Of a stretch of 64,000 nt of DNA, positions 1 to 9,766 are shown piece by piece. The notes below the pieces were generated by a model. It did not search any database, was not told the DNA's origin, and was given only the letters and a program-made list of their open reading frames with translations. Each line of letters starts with the position of its first letter. Within the stretch, counting starts at the first letter, position 1. Origin of the DNA: Phenylobacterium sp. (lineage in GTDB: Bacteria > Pseudomonadota > Alphaproteobacteria > Caulobacterales > Caulobacteraceae); NCBI RefSeq assembly GCF_030651755.1, contig NZ_JAUSBZ010000144.1, positions 24,907-88,906 of the forward strand, read 5' to 3'. A program made the position numbers and the translations under genes.

Positions 1-138
1 CAAGCCCCGGCGCGTTCCGCCCGAAGCGAGAGCTTCGCCAACCGGCACGTTCCCCAGATGAAAACCACCTCTCGCGACGGCGGCGCAGCCCGCCGGCCCG
101 AGCCCACCACCGACGCCGAAGGGTGGGAAGAGTTTTAA
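1..138 (+). CDS. methyl-accepting chemotaxis protein, C-terminal end (5' partial)
   Basis: Frame 1 is open from base 1 and ends ...PEPTTDAEGWEEF, with TAA at 136-138. A C-terminal xWExF pentapeptide is the CheR/CheB tether of MCPs. The che operon starts 45 nt downstream. Only 45 codons are visible. Confidence 0.6.
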   Translation, partial: QAPARSARSESFANRHVPQMKTTSRDGGAARRPEPTTDAEGWEEF

Positions 139-183
139 GAATTTCGCTCTTAACTAAACCAACAAGTCTGGGGGGAAAGTCGG

Positions 184-483
184 ATGACGGACGCAGACGC
201 CAACATCGCTGAGGTTAGCCTCTGTCCGGTGCTCGACCTGCAAGCCGCCGAACCGTTGCGCGCAGAGCTCATGGCTCTGCGCGGGCGGCCGCTGCAAGTG
301 GACGCGTCCCAGGTCAGCCGGATTGGCGGACTTTGCCTGCAGGTCCTGCTGTCGGCGCGAATGACCTGGGCGGAGGACGGACTGCCGCTGCGCGTTGAGC
401 AGGCCTCTGACGGTTTCCTTGAACAACTGGCCGCCTTCGGCGGACCGCAGATCAACTTTGAACCCGAGGGGGCACACCTGTGA
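184..483 (+). CDS. STAS-domain (anti-sigma-antagonist-like) protein, first gene of the che operon
   Basis: 99-aa ORF with ATG at 184 and STAS-like sequence (LDLQAAEPLRAEL...LQVDASQVSRIGGLCLQVLL). Its TGA at 481-483 overlaps the GTG of the next gene (GTGA coupling). It occupies the slot of the gene named cheX in the Caulobacter che1 operon. Confidence 0.7.
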   Translation: MTDADANIAEVSLCPVLDLQAAEPLRAELMALRGRPLQVDASQVSRIGGLCLQVLLSARMTWAEDGLPLRVEQASDGFLEQLAAFGGPQINFEPEGAHL

Positions 484-845
484 ACAAAACTGTCCTGACC
501 ATCGACGATTCCCGGACCATGCGCGAAATGCTCAACATGGCCCTGGTCCAGGCCGGCTACCGGGTCATCCAGGCCGTTGACGGCATTGAGGGCCTTGAGG
601 TGCTTCGCGCCGAAGGGGCCGACGTGGTCATCACCGACATCAACATGCCCCGCATGGATGGTTTCGGCGTCATCGAAGGCGTCCGCGCCGATCCGGCCCA
701 CCGGGCCACCCCGATCCTCGTCCTCACCACCGAGAGCGACGCCACCAAGAAGGAACGCGCCCGGGCCGCCGGAGCCACCGGCTGGATCGTCAAGCCCTTC
801 AACCCGACCAAGCTTGTGGACGCCATCCGCCGCGTCGCCGCCTGA
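480..845 (+). CDS. cheY: chemotaxis response regulator CheY
   Basis: 121-aa single receiver domain with acidic pocket TIDDS, phospho-acceptor context VVITDINMPRMDG, LVLTT and the KPF lysine. It sits directly upstream of cheA. Confidence 0.9.
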   Translation: MNKTVLTIDDSRTMREMLNMALVQAGYRVIQAVDGIEGLEVLRAEGADVVITDINMPRMDGFGVIEGVRADPAHRATPILVLTTESDATKKERARAAGATGWIVKPFNPTKLVDAIRRVAA

Positions 846-892
846 GGCGGCCTTCGCCTGCGACCTAAGCTGACCTGAGTCCGGAGCACCCC

Positions 893-3265
893 GTGGATCC
901 ATTCGAGAGTATCAAGGCGACCTTCTTCCAGGAGTGCGAGGAGCTGCTCACCGACATGGAGTCGGGGCTTCTGGCCATGGAACAGGGCGACGACGATTCG
1001 GAGACCATCAATGCGGTCTTCCGGGCGGTGCATTCCGTCAAGGGCGGCGCCGGGGCCTTTGGGCTCGAGGAGCTGATCCGCTTCGCCCACGTCTTCGAGA
1101 CGGTCCTGGATGAGATGCGCTCGGGCCGGCTGCACCTGACGGACGAGGTCGCCAAGGTCCTGCTGCGCGCCTCCGACGTCCTGGCCGACCATGTGGCCGC
1201 CGCCCGCAGCGGCGGGGGGGTCGACGAAGGCCGGACTGTCGGCATGATCGCCGACCTTCAAGCGCTCATCGATCAGGATCGCGCCGCCGAACTGGGTCTG
1301 CACGACGACAACGCCAGCGCCCCCGCCGACGAGGACTTCGGCTTCGTGCCGATCGTGCTCAGCCTCGACGAACCGGCCAGCGACGCCCCAGAGGTGGATG
1401 TCGCCGCCCTGATGGCGGCCGCCTCCGATCCCGAACCGGCGACCAACCCCACCTGGGTCGTCACCTTCCGGCCCAAGGCCGACATGTACGCCAAGGCCAA
1501 TGAGGCCGCTCTGGTCCTGCGCGAGCTCTCGCGGCTGGGCGAGATCGAGGTCAGCCTGGATGCTTCGGCCGTGCCGCCCCTGGACCAGCTCTCGGCCGAA
1601 CAGGCCTATCTCTGCTGGACGATCCGGCTGGCGGGCGACAGGAGTGAAGCCGACATCCGCGAAGCCTTTGAATTTGTTGAGGATGACTGCGAGCTGAGCG
1701 TCGTCCGCGACGGCGAAGCCGCTGACGCCTCCGCTCCCGACCTGGCTATTGACGACGACAGCGACGCCTCGGCCAGCGCCGTCGAGGCCGCCGCCGCGGC
1801 GCCGCTGGATCTCGACGCCCTCCTGGCCCGGGTTCAGCCCCCGTCCGAGGCCGCCCCAGCCGATGCGGCCCCGCCCTCTCCCGAACCTGCGAAGACGGCG
1901 CCCGCCGAGACAAACGCCCCTGATCCCGCCAAACTGGATGTGGCCGGCCTTATCGCCCTGGCCGAGAAGGCCTCCCAGGACCACGCTCAGGCGGCCCCCC
2001 CGGCCGCCCCCAAGGTCGATGTGAAGACCGAGGCCCGCGCCAGCGCCGGCGCCCCGACCGCCGCCACCCCGACGATCCGGGTTGATCTCGACCGAGTCGA
2101 CCGGCTGATCAACGCGGTCGGCGAACTGGTCATCCAACAGGCCATGTTGTCTCAGCGGGTCTTTGAGAGCGGTCTGGCCCGCTCCTCCGACGTGGCCCTT
2201 GGCCTGGAAGACCTGGAGCTGCTGACCCGGGAGATCCAGGACAGCGTCATGGCCATCCGCGCCCAGCCGGTGAAGTCGGTCTTCCAGCGGATGCCGCGCC
2301 TGGTGCGTGAAGTGGCCGATCTGGTGGGCAAGAAGGTCCGCCTGGTCATGGACGGCGAGAACACCGAGGTCGACAAGACCGTCATCGAGCGCCTGTCCGA
2401 TCCCATCACCCATATGCTGCGCAACGCCATCGACCACGGGCTGGAGACGCCCGAGGAGCGGGAGGCCGGCGGCAAGGGCGTCGAAGGCACGGTCCGCTTG
2501 GCCGCCCTGCACCGGGGCGGACGCATCGTCATCGAGGTCCAGGATGACGGCCGCGGGATCAATCGCCCGCGGGTCCGCGGCATCGCCGTGACCAAGGGCC
2601 TGATCGCCGAGGATGCGGTCCTGTCCGACGACGAGATCGACAACCTGATCTTCCTGCCCGGCTTCTCCACCGCTGACGTGGTCTCGGACATTTCCGGTCG
2701 CGGCGTGGGCATGGACGTGGTCAAGCGCTCCATTCAGGCGCTTGGCGGACGGATCTCCATCACGTCTGAGCCCGGCAAGGGCTCGAAATTCTCCATGAGC
2801 CTGCCGCTGACCCTGGCCGTCCTTGACGGCATGGTGGTTTCGGCCGCTGACCAGACTCTGGTGGCGCCGCTCTCCAACATCGTCGAGAGCCTGACCCCGC
2901 GGGCCGAGGATGTTCACCTGATCGGCGGACGCGATGCGGTCATCTGCATCCGCGACACCTTCGTGCCGCTGATCGATGTGGGCGTCGCCCTCGGCTTCCG
3001 GGATACGCCGCTGCCGCCCGCCTCCGGGGTGGCCGTGCTGGTGGAAAGCGAAGGGGGCGGTAAGGCCGCCCTGCTGGTCGAGGCCATCCAGGGCCAGCGC
3101 CAGGTGGTGATCAAGAGCCTGGAAGCCAACTACCAGCATATCCACGGGGTCGCCGCGGCGACCATCCTGGGGGATGGCCGCGTCGCCCTGATCCTGGACG
3201 TGGACGCCCTGGTGACGACCTCGCGCCGAAAGGCGCCACGTATCGAGAAGCGAATGGCGGGTTGA
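893..3265 (+). CDS. cheA: chemotaxis histidine kinase CheA
   Basis: 790 aa. GTG at 893 is preceded by GGAGCA. N-terminal HPt domain ([12 protein letters not shown]), a long acidic/Pro-rich linker, kinase boxes [16 protein letters not shown] and GRGVGMD, and a C-terminal CheW-like domain. Confidence 0.95.
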   Translation: MDPFESIKATFFQECEELLTDMESGLLAMEQGDDDSETINAVFRAVHSVKGGAGAFGLEELIRFAHVFETVLDEMRSGRLHLTDEVAKVLLRASDVLADHVAAARSGGGVDEGRTVGMIADLQALIDQDRAAELGLHDDNASAPADEDFGFVPIVLSLDEPASDAPEVDVAALMAAASDPEPATNPTWVVTFRPKADMYAKANEAALVLRELSRLGEIEVSLDASAVPPLDQLSAEQAYLCWTIRLAGDRSEADIREAFEFVEDDCELSVVRDGEAADASAPDLAIDDDSDASASAVEAAAAAPLDLDALLARVQPPSEAAPADAAPPSPEPAKTAPAETNAPDPAKLDVAGLIALAEKASQDHAQAAPPAAPKVDVKTEARASAGAPTAATPTIRVDLDRVDRLINAVGELVIQQAMLSQRVFESGLARSSDVALGLEDLELLTREIQDSVMAIRAQPVKSVFQRMPRLVREVADLVGKKVRLVMDGENTEVDKTVIERLSDPITHMLRNAIDHGLETPEEREAGGKGVEGTVRLAALHRGGRIVIEVQDDGRGINRPRVRGIAVTKGLIAEDAVLSDDEIDNLIFLPGFSTADVVSDISGRGVGMDVVKRSIQALGGRISITSEPGKGSKFSMSLPLTLAVLDGMVVSAADQTLVAPLSNIVESLTPRAEDVHLIGGRDAVICIRDTFVPLIDVGVALGFRDTPLPPASGVAVLVESEGGGKAALLVEAIQGQRQVVIKSLEANYQHIHGVAAATILGDGRVALILDVDALVTTSRRKAPRIEKRMAG

Positions 3266-3735
3266 CCATGACTGACACCGTGACCCAAGGCGTCGCTCAG
3301 CGGCGCGAACTGATCGCCTTCCGAATCGGCGACCAGGAGTTCTGCGTCGACATCATGTCGGTGCGAGAGATCCGCGGCTGGGCGCCGGCCACCCCCCTGC
3401 CCCGCACCCCGTCCTTCGTGAAGGGCGTGATCAACCTGCGCGGCGCGGTCCTGCCGATCATCGACCTGGGCGCCCGCCTGGGTCTGGACACCTCAGAGCC
3501 CACCGCCCGCCATGTCATCATGGTGGTCCATATCGGTGAGCGGACCATCGGCCTGCTGGTGGATGCGGTCTCCGACATCATCAATATGAGCGACGACCTG
3601 GTGCAACCGACCCCTGACGTCGCCAGCGACCAGGTGAAGACCTTCGTCAAGGGTCTGTTCGCCCTGGACGGCCGTATGGTCAGCCTCATCGCCCTCGATC
3701 GCGTCCTGCCCGAGACCGAAGCAGAGGCGGCATGA
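3262..3735 (+). CDS. cheW: chemotaxis coupling protein CheW
   Basis: 157-aa CheW fold ([25 protein letters not shown]...[13 protein letters not shown]). TTG at 3262 overlaps the cheA stop. ATG at 3268 is an equally plausible start. Confidence 0.9.
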   Translation: MTMTDTVTQGVAQRRELIAFRIGDQEFCVDIMSVREIRGWAPATPLPRTPSFVKGVINLRGAVLPIIDLGARLGLDTSEPTARHVIMVVHIGERTIGLLVDAVSDIINMSDDLVQPTPDVASDQVKTFVKGLFALDGRMVSLIALDRVLPETEAEAA

Positions 3736-4622
3736 CGCAGACCCCCGACTCCCGGCGCGGCGCAAAGAATGAGGGTCTGGTTGACGGCGAGTTCCTGCTG
3801 ACAGCTGAGGATTTCCGCAAGATCGCCCAGATCCTGCATTCCCACGCCGGCATCGCCCTCAACGAAGGCAAGGCCGCCCTGGTCTATTCGCGCCTGGCCA
3901 AGCGTCTGCGCACCCTCGGCCTGCGGAACTTCCGGGAATACTGCGCCCTGGTGGAGGACGCCGAGGCCCTGGACGAGCGCCAGGCGATGATGGCCGCCCT
4001 GACCACCAATGTGACGCGCTTCTTCCGCGAGCCGCACCATTTCGACCACCTGCGCGACCAGGTGATGCCCGAGCTCGCCGCCCGCGCCCGGGCTGGCGGT
4101 CGTGTGCGCATGTGGTCGGCCGCCTGCTCCAACGGCCAGGAACCCTATTCCATGGCCATCACCCTGCTGTCGGTCCTGCCCGAGGCCGCCAAGCTGGACG
4201 TGAAGATCCTGGCCACCGACATCGACCCCAACATGGTGGCCGAGGGCAAGGCCGGCTGTTACCGCGAAGACGCCGTTTCTCCCGTACCCCTGGAGCTGCG
4301 CCGCCGCTGGTTCGAGAAGGTCTCCGCGCCAGACGGGCGCATCTGGTCGGTCTCGCCCGAACTGCGCAACCTGGTGGCGTTCCGTGAACTGAATCTCATT
4401 GGCGACTGGCCCATGCGCGGCCGGTTCGACACCATCTTCTGCCGCAACGTGGTGATCTATTTCGACGAACCCACCCAGGAGCGCATCTGGAGCCGTTTCG
4501 TGCCAGCCATGAACCCTGGCGGCACCCTCTATATCGGCCACTCGGAGCGCGTCACCGGCCCGGCCGTTTCGACCCTGGAGACCGCCGGCCTGACCACCTA
4601 TCGTCTGAGGGCCAAGCCATGA
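3732..4622 (+). CDS. cheR: chemotaxis protein methyltransferase CheR
   Basis: 296 aa with a CheR N-terminal helical domain plus a SAM-methyltransferase core ([27 protein letters not shown]). Its ATG overlaps the cheW stop (ATGA). Confidence 0.93.
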   Translation: MTQTPDSRRGAKNEGLVDGEFLLTAEDFRKIAQILHSHAGIALNEGKAALVYSRLAKRLRTLGLRNFREYCALVEDAEALDERQAMMAALTTNVTRFFREPHHFDHLRDQVMPELAARARAGGRVRMWSAACSNGQEPYSMAITLLSVLPEAAKLDVKILATDIDPNMVAEGKAGCYREDAVSPVPLELRRRWFEKVSAPDGRIWSVSPELRNLVAFRELNLIGDWPMRGRFDTIFCRNVVIYFDEPTQERIWSRFVPAMNPGGTLYIGHSERVTGPAVSTLETAGLTTYRLRAKP

Positions 4623-5656
4623 CTGTTCGCGTCCTCATCGTCGATGACTCGGCCACCATGCGCAGTCTGATCGCCGCGACCCTGCGTCAGGATCCCGAGA
4701 TCGAGGTCCTGGGGTTCGCCAATGATCCCCTGGAAGCGCGCGAGGCCATCAAGCGCCTGAACCCCGACGTGATCACCCTCGATGTCGAGATGCCGCATAT
4801 GAGCGGCCTGGACTTCCTCGAGAAGATCATGCGCCTGCGGCCCATGCCGGTGGTGATGGTGTCCACCCTGACCCAGGCCGGCGCCGACGCCACCCTGTCG
4901 GCCATGGAGCTCGGCGCCGTCGATTGCGTCGGCAAGCCTGGCGCCGGAAACACGGCGTCGGAAGCCTTCGCCGACCTCGCCGATAAGGTGAAGGCCGCCG
5001 CCCGGGCCCGGGTTCGCCCCTTCGCCGGCCCTGTCGTCCGCGCCGAGGAAAACCGTTCCTACCGGGCTGAGGACATCATCGTGGCGATCGGCTCGTCCAC
5101 GGGCGGGGTGGAGGCCTTGATGACCATCCTCTCCGGCTTCCCGGCCACCTGCCCGCCGACCGTCATCACCCAGCACATGCCGGCCACCTTCACCAAGAGC
5201 TTCGCCGAGCGCCTGGACCGGATTTCCGGCGCCAAGGTGGCCGAGGCCTGGGACGGCGCCCGCCTGGCGCCCGGTCATGTCTATCTGGCGCCGGGTGGGA
5301 TCGCGCATCTGGAAGTCACCGGCACGACCCACCCCACCTGCCGCCTTCGCCAGGACGAGGCGGTGAATGGCCATCGCCCATCGGTGGACGTATTGTTTGA
5401 GTCTGTCGCGCGCCTGAACCGTCCGGCCCTGGGGGTGATCCTCACCGGCATGGGACGGGACGGCGCCCAGGGCCTCCTGAGCCTTCGCCAGGCCGGCGGC
5501 CGCACCCTGGGACAGGACGAGGCCAGTTGCGTCGTCTATGGCATGCCCCGCGCCGCCCACGAGATCGGAGCGGTGGAAAAGCAGTCGCCGCTTGCTCGCA
5601 TGAGCGCGGCAATCCTTGGTCTATGCGCGGCGACTGAGCCGCAGAGGAGCGCCTGA
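4619..5656 (+). CDS. cheB: protein-glutamate methylesterase/deamidase CheB
   Basis: 345 aa with an N-terminal receiver ([19 protein letters not shown]) and a C-terminal esterase ([15 protein letters not shown]). Its start overlaps the cheR stop. Confidence 0.93.
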   Translation: MTVRVLIVDDSATMRSLIAATLRQDPEIEVLGFANDPLEAREAIKRLNPDVITLDVEMPHMSGLDFLEKIMRLRPMPVVMVSTLTQAGADATLSAMELGAVDCVGKPGAGNTASEAFADLADKVKAAARARVRPFAGPVVRAEENRSYRAEDIIVAIGSSTGGVEALMTILSGFPATCPPTVITQHMPATFTKSFAERLDRISGAKVAEAWDGARLAPGHVYLAPGGIAHLEVTGTTHPTCRLRQDEAVNGHRPSVDVLFESVARLNRPALGVILTGMGRDGAQGLLSLRQAGGRTLGQDEASCVVYGMPRAAHEIGAVEKQSPLARMSAAILGLCAATEPQRSA

Positions 5657-6045
5657 TGCCCGCCCCCGGAGCCATCAAGACCTTGATCGCCGATGATCAG
5701 CAGTCCATGCGCTCGCTGATCCGCACCAGCCTGAACGCCCTTGGGATCACCCAGACCCGGGAGGCGGCCGATGGCGAGGACGCCTTGCGCGCCCTGCTGG
5801 CCCAGCCGGCCAATCTGGTGATCACCGACTTCAACATGCCCAAGCTCGACGGGCTGGGGCTGCTGCGGGCCATCCGCGCCCACGGTCCGATTTCGAAGAC
5901 CGCCGTCATCATGCTGACCGGCCGCGCCGACCGCGAGCTTGTGCAGCGGGCGGTGCAGTTCGGCGTGAACAATTATCTGGTCAAACCCTTCACGACGCAG
6001 ATCCTGAAGGAAAAGATCGAAGCCGTTTTCGGGCCCCTTGAATGA
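5656..6045 (+). CDS. cheY: chemotaxis response regulator CheY (second copy)
   Basis: 129-aa receiver (LIADDQ, VITDFNMPKLDG, IMLTG, VKPF). Its ATG shares a base with the cheB TGA. Confidence 0.9.
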   Translation: MPAPGAIKTLIADDQQSMRSLIRTSLNALGITQTREAADGEDALRALLAQPANLVITDFNMPKLDGLGLLRAIRAHGPISKTAVIMLTGRADRELVQRAVQFGVNNYLVKPFTTQILKEKIEAVFGPLE

Positions 6046-6599
6046 TCGTTGAGAACATCTCGAATCGGGCGGGCCGGCGGATCCATGTGGTCCAGGGCGA
6101 GCACTATGTCACCGACGACCCGGAGGTCACCCTGACCACCATTCTGGGGAGCTGCGTGGCCGTGTGCCTATGGGATCCCGAACGGGGCGTCGGCGGCATG
6201 AACCACTTCCTGCTGCCGGAAGGTAAGGCCGAGGGCGCCAACGAGGGCCGCCGCTATGGCGCCTTCGCCATGGAGCTCTTGATCAACGAACTGTTGCGCC
6301 TGGGCGCCCGTCGGGAACGCCTGCAGGCCAAGCTGTTCGGCGGCGCGCGCATGTTCAGCGGTCTGTCGGACGTGGGCGCCTCCAATATCGCCTTCGCCGA
6401 ACGTTTCATGCGGGATGAAGGCATTCCGGTCATGGGCACCAGCCTCGGGGGCTTTGGCGCCCGGCGCATCCAGTTCTGGCCCACCACGGGCCGAGCCCAG
6501 CAGAAGACCGTGACCGACACCCATGAACTGACCAACCTGAAAGAGGTCCCCAAGCCCGCCCCCGTGGTCGTCGACGACGGCGCGGTGGAGCTATTCTGA
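6042..6599 (+). CDS. cheD: chemoreceptor glutamine deamidase CheD
   Basis: 185-aa CheD family signature (ILGSCVAVCLWDP...GGMNHFLLP...KLFGGA). Start and stop overlap the neighbouring genes. Confidence 0.9.
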   Translation: MIVENISNRAGRRIHVVQGEHYVTDDPEVTLTTILGSCVAVCLWDPERGVGGMNHFLLPEGKAEGANEGRRYGAFAMELLINELLRLGARRERLQAKLFGGARMFSGLSDVGASNIAFAERFMRDEGIPVMGTSLGGFGARRIQFWPTTGRAQQKTVTDTHELTNLKEVPKPAPVVVDDGAVELF

Positions 6600-6979
6600 T
6601 GCGTCCCGGCCAGGTCGCCGTCCTTGCGCCGCCGCTTCTGTCCGCCCTGGCCGCGGAGATGGACCACGCCGGCGACCTGTGCGCCCGGCTGGAGGAGCTG
6701 GTCACCCGTCTCGCCGCCGCCGTGGAGGGCGAACCCCGGGAGCTGGCGCTGAGCGAGGCCCAGACCCTCGACGTCCTGACCCAGCACCTGTCCGCCGTGG
6801 CGGTGTTCATGCGCGGCATGTCGGAGCAGTTGACCACCGCCCGGTCGGTCGATCCCGATGCGGTCTTGGCCCTGGTGCCGCTCAGTGAGCTCGCCGGCCG
6901 GCTTCGCGGCGTGCTCTACAACGCCAGTCAGATCCCGCCGACGCCAGACGGCGCGTCCGGCGATCTCGACCTGTTCTAA
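6599..6979 (+). CDS. che-operon protein of unknown function (position of Caulobacter cheU)
   Basis: 126-aa ORF, translationally coupled (ATG at 6599 overlaps the cheD TGA). It looks helical and I recognise no motif. The call rests on coding context and synteny with the Caulobacter che1 operon. Confidence 0.5.
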   Translation: MRPGQVAVLAPPLLSALAAEMDHAGDLCARLEELVTRLAAAVEGEPRELALSEAQTLDVLTQHLSAVAVFMRGMSEQLTTARSVDPDAVLALVPLSELAGRLRGVLYNASQIPPTPDGASGDLDLF

Positions 6980-6990
6980 GGGGGGCCGCC

Positions 6991-7587
6991 GTGAGCCTCC
7001 ACCCCGATGTCCGGCTGAACCTGGCACGCTCCAATGTCCTGCTCATCGATGACAATGAACAGGCCCTGGAAGTGCTCGCCTCCATCTTCCGCGGCTTTGG
7101 CGTCCACCGGCAGGTGAAGTGCGGCTCGGCCGCCGACGCCCAGGCGGTGCTGCGTAGCCGCGAGATCGACCTGATCGTCTGCGACACGGTCATGCCCGAC
7201 ATGGACGGCTACAGCTTCGTCCGCTGGCTGCGGCGGGAAGGTCCTGAGGAGGCGCGCTTCGCCCCTGTGATCATGCTGACCGGCCACGCGGCGCGCTCGA
7301 CCATCGAAAGCAGCCGCGACTGCGGCGCCAATTTCATCGTCTCTAAACCCTTCACACCCGAAGTCCTGCTGCAGCGGATTTACTGGGTGGCGAAGGATGA
7401 ACGCTCCATGGTCCGCAGCGACTCCTATGTGGGCCCCGACCGCCGCTTCCGGAACGTAGGGCCGCCGCTCGGCGTCAAGGGCCGCCGTAAGGACGATCTG
7501 TCGGCCCACGTCGGGATAGCCAAGGATCCGAACATGGACCAGGACGAGATCGACAACCTGCTGAAGCCGCAAAGGGCCGCCCTATGA
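6991..7587 (+). CDS. CheY-like receiver protein with a ~70-aa Arg-rich C-terminal extension (Cle-like)
   Basis: 198 aa. The receiver covers residues 15-130 (LLIDDN, LIVCDTVMPDMDG, IMLTG, SKPF). An extension follows that contains GPDRRFRNVGPPLGVKGRRKDD (nt 7435-7491). Confidence 0.8.
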   Translation: MSLHPDVRLNLARSNVLLIDDNEQALEVLASIFRGFGVHRQVKCGSAADAQAVLRSREIDLIVCDTVMPDMDGYSFVRWLRREGPEEARFAPVIMLTGHAARSTIESSRDCGANFIVSKPFTPEVLLQRIYWVAKDERSMVRSDSYVGPDRRFRNVGPPLGVKGRRKDDLSAHVGIAKDPNMDQDEIDNLLKPQRAAL

Positions 7588-8063
7588 GCGACGCCGAGAT
7601 CTTCAAGGTCCGCAACCGCCTGGCCAACCATGTGAGCGAGCCGGGGGGCATGACCGCCGGGATGGCCGGCTCGCGCGCCGCCCGTGAGCTGGCCGCCCAG
7701 CAGGGCAAGTCCTATGAGGCTATCGGCGAAGCCCTGGAGACCCTGGAATGGCTCTGCCAGGACAAGTCCGCGCCGATGGATTCGGTCTATGACCTGTCGA
7801 CCACCGTGCTCGATATCGCCGGGCTGTTCGATGACAAGCAGCTGTGCCGCGCCGCCTACAGCCTCTGCGAACTGGCCGACAAGCTCCGCACCCGGGGCGC
7901 GGCGGACTGGGCGCCGATCAAGATCCATGTGAACGGCATGCGGCTGATCTGGAACACCGCCGAGGCGGACCGCGAGGGTCTGAACGCCATGGTCGAAGGC
8001 CTCTGGAGCCTGACCGAACATCTGAGCATCGGTGACGGCGAGGCCGAAGCGCCGGCTGCCTGA
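7584..8063 (+). CDS. che-operon protein of unknown function (position of Caulobacter cheE)
   Basis: 159-aa ORF whose ATG overlaps the upstream stop. It is the last gene of the operon. I recognise no motif. Confidence 0.5.
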   Translation: MSDAEIFKVRNRLANHVSEPGGMTAGMAGSRAARELAAQQGKSYEAIGEALETLEWLCQDKSAPMDSVYDLSTTVLDIAGLFDDKQLCRAAYSLCELADKLRTRGAADWAPIKIHVNGMRLIWNTAEADREGLNAMVEGLWSLTEHLSIGDGEAEAPAA

Positions 8064-8070
8064 GCACGAG

Positions 8071-8104
8071 TTGTCGCCGGAAGCCCTCAGGCCCCCGGCG
8101 ACAA
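8071..8104. terminator. hairpin between convergent genes (possible bidirectional terminator)
   Basis: TTGTCGCCGG (8071-8080) pairs perfectly with CCGGCGACAA (8095-8104), leaving a 14-nt loop. It lies between the cheE-like stop (8063) and the thiolase-like stop (8117). There is no U-tract on either strand. Confidence 0.4.
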
Positions 8105-8116
8105 ACCTGCGGCCGA

Positions 8117-9256
8117 TCAGGCCTCGTTGGTGAAGATCACCGTGCCCGAGGCGGCGAACATGCCGCCGACCCCGTGACAGACGCTGATCTTCGCGCCGTC
8201 CACCTGGGCCGGCGCAATGCCGCGCATCTGGCGCACGCTCTCCTGCAGGGCGTACATGCCGTACATGCCTGAGTGCATGTAGGAGAGCCCGCCGCCATTG
8301 GTGTTCAGCGGCAGCTTGCCGCCGATGGCGGTGTTGCGGCCATTGATGAAGTCCTTGGCCTCGCCCGGCTTGCAGAAGCCGAGGTCTTCCAGCCCATAGA
8401 GCGGCAGGTGGGCGAAGGCGTCATAGATCATCAGGTGATCCACATCGCCGTGGCTGATGCCGGCCTCGTCAAAGGCCTTCTTGCCCGAGACGCGGAAGGC
8501 CTTGGAGGTGGTGAAGTCCTCCATCTGGCTGACCAGGGGGGTTTCCACGCTCTCGCCCGTGCCCAGCACATAGACCGGCTTCTGCGGGAAGTCCTTGGCC
8601 CGCTCGGCGCTGGTCAGGATCAGCGCGCCGCCGCCGTCGGTGACCAGGCAGCACATCAGCTTGCGGAACGGCCAGGCGATCATGTCGGAGTTGAGGACAT
8701 CATCGATGGTGATCGGGTCACGATAGGAGGCGCGCGGGTTCTTGGCCGCCCACTCCCGCTGGATCACCGCCACATTGGCCAGGTCTTCCTCGGTCACCCC
8801 ATAGGTCTTCATGTAGCGAAGCACCGGGATGGTGAACATGGTCGGCGGGGCCGTGACCCCATAGGGCATTTCGAACTGCCCCATCAGGCTGGACGGCGCC
8901 CGGCCAAAGCCGCCGGCGCCGACCCGCGAACGGCCGGACTCGCCGTGGGTGATCAGGACGGTGGTGCACAGGCCCGCATTGATGGCCGCGGCCGCATGGC
9001 GGACATGCAGCATGAACGAGCAGCCGCCGACGCTGGTGCCGTCGGCATAGGTGGGCGTAATCCCCAGATACTGGGCGAGCTCCACCGGCGAGATGCCGGC
9101 GCAGGCCACGCCGTCGATGTCGGTGGGCTTCAGGCCGGCGTCGGCCAGGGCGTTGAGCGCCGCGTCAGCGTGCAGGCCGATCACGGACACGTCCGGAATC
9201 TTGCCCATCTTGGTGGTCTCAGCGGCGCCTACGACCGCAACAGATTTCTGCATCAT
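8117..9256 (-). CDS. thiolase-like protein (SCP-x / lipid-transfer type)
   Basis: 379 aa with a thiolase fold (VAVVGAAET..., DIDGVACAG, C-terminal NTNGGGLSYMHSGMYG and CHGVGG). It starts 7 nt after the DUF35 gene, the usual thiolase/DUF35 pairing. Confidence 0.8.
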   Translation of the reverse strand: MMQKSVAVVGAAETTKMGKIPDVSVIGLHADAALNALADAGLKPTDIDGVACAGISPVELAQYLGITPTYADGTSVGGCSFMLHVRHAAAAINAGLCTTVLITHGESGRSRVGAGGFGRAPSSLMGQFEMPYGVTAPPTMFTIPVLRYMKTYGVTEEDLANVAVIQREWAAKNPRASYRDPITIDDVLNSDMIAWPFRKLMCCLVTDGGGALILTSAERAKDFPQKPVYVLGTGESVETPLVSQMEDFTTSKAFRVSGKKAFDEAGISHGDVDHLMIYDAFAHLPLYGLEDLGFCKPGEAKDFINGRNTAIGGKLPLNTNGGGLSYMHSGMYGMYALQESVRQMRGIAPAQVDGAKISVCHGVGGMFAASGTVIFTNEA

Positions 9257-9263
9257 GGTCGCC

Positions 9264-9671
9264 TTACCCCTTGGCCGGCTGGAAGAACGGCAGCGTGATG
9301 GTGTCGCTCATCTTCTCGAAGACGACCTCCAGCGGCATGTCGAGCACCAGGGCCTCAGGCGTCTGGGGGCAGCCGACGATGTTGGTCATCATCCGCGGGC
9401 CTTCCTCAAGCTGCACCACGGCGATGGCGTAGGGCTCGGTCCCCATGTCCGGGCGGGGGCGATGGTTGATCACGTAGGAATAGAGGGTGGCGCGACCGCT
9501 GGCCTTGAAGACCTCGACATTGCGCGAGCCGGTCTTGGGCGCGAAGGGGCGCGGGGGGAAATAGGCTTCACCGGTCTCCTTGCAACGCTGGAGCAGAAGC
9601 TCCCCGTTGCGGGTCCCGTCCCAGAAATGCTGGGTCTCCGGAGTCGGCTCCGGCAAAATGCGAGGCGGCAT
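9264..9671 (-). CDS. DUF35 OB-fold acyl-CoA-associated protein
   Basis: 135 aa with typical DUF35 sequence (TQHFWDGTRNGELLLQRCKETGEAYFPPRPFAP...ATLYSYVINHR). It is paired with the downstream thiolase-like gene. Confidence 0.7.
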   Translation of the reverse strand: MPPRILPEPTPETQHFWDGTRNGELLLQRCKETGEAYFPPRPFAPKTGSRNVEVFKASGRATLYSYVINHRPRPDMGTEPYAIAVVQLEEGPRMMTNIVGCPQTPEALVLDMPLEVVFEKMSDTITLPFFQPAKG

Positions 9672-9766
9672 ACGTCTCCATCCCTCAAAAATGTTTTCAA
9701 AAATCCCGACCTGTTCCGGCCGAGCGGGCGCCAGAAAAGACGAGTGCGAGGCGCTTGTCGACCGGC

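Noticed and set aside
135-153. TTAA ... TTAAC between the MCP gene and the che operon (possible CtrA box)
   Set aside because: The spacer is 11 nt, not the 7 nt of the CtrA consensus TTAA-N7-TTAAC.
1733-2048. Acidic/Pro/Ala-rich stretch inside cheA that could suggest a fusion or an inserted element
   Set aside because: It lies between the HPt domain and the dimerisation/kinase domains, where CheA proteins carry variable linkers. The frame is continuous and the composition is normal for the genome.
557-3145. 862-aa ORF antisense to cheA. The same applies to similar long antisense ORFs, e.g. 34449-36242, 26675-28462, 60664-62259, 36259-37395 and 10216-11415.
   Set aside because: Their products are Gly/Arg/Asp/His-rich low-complexity strings with no motifs. 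They mirror strongly supported genes on the other strand. Long shadow ORFs are expected in roughly two-thirds GC DNA because stop codons are rare.
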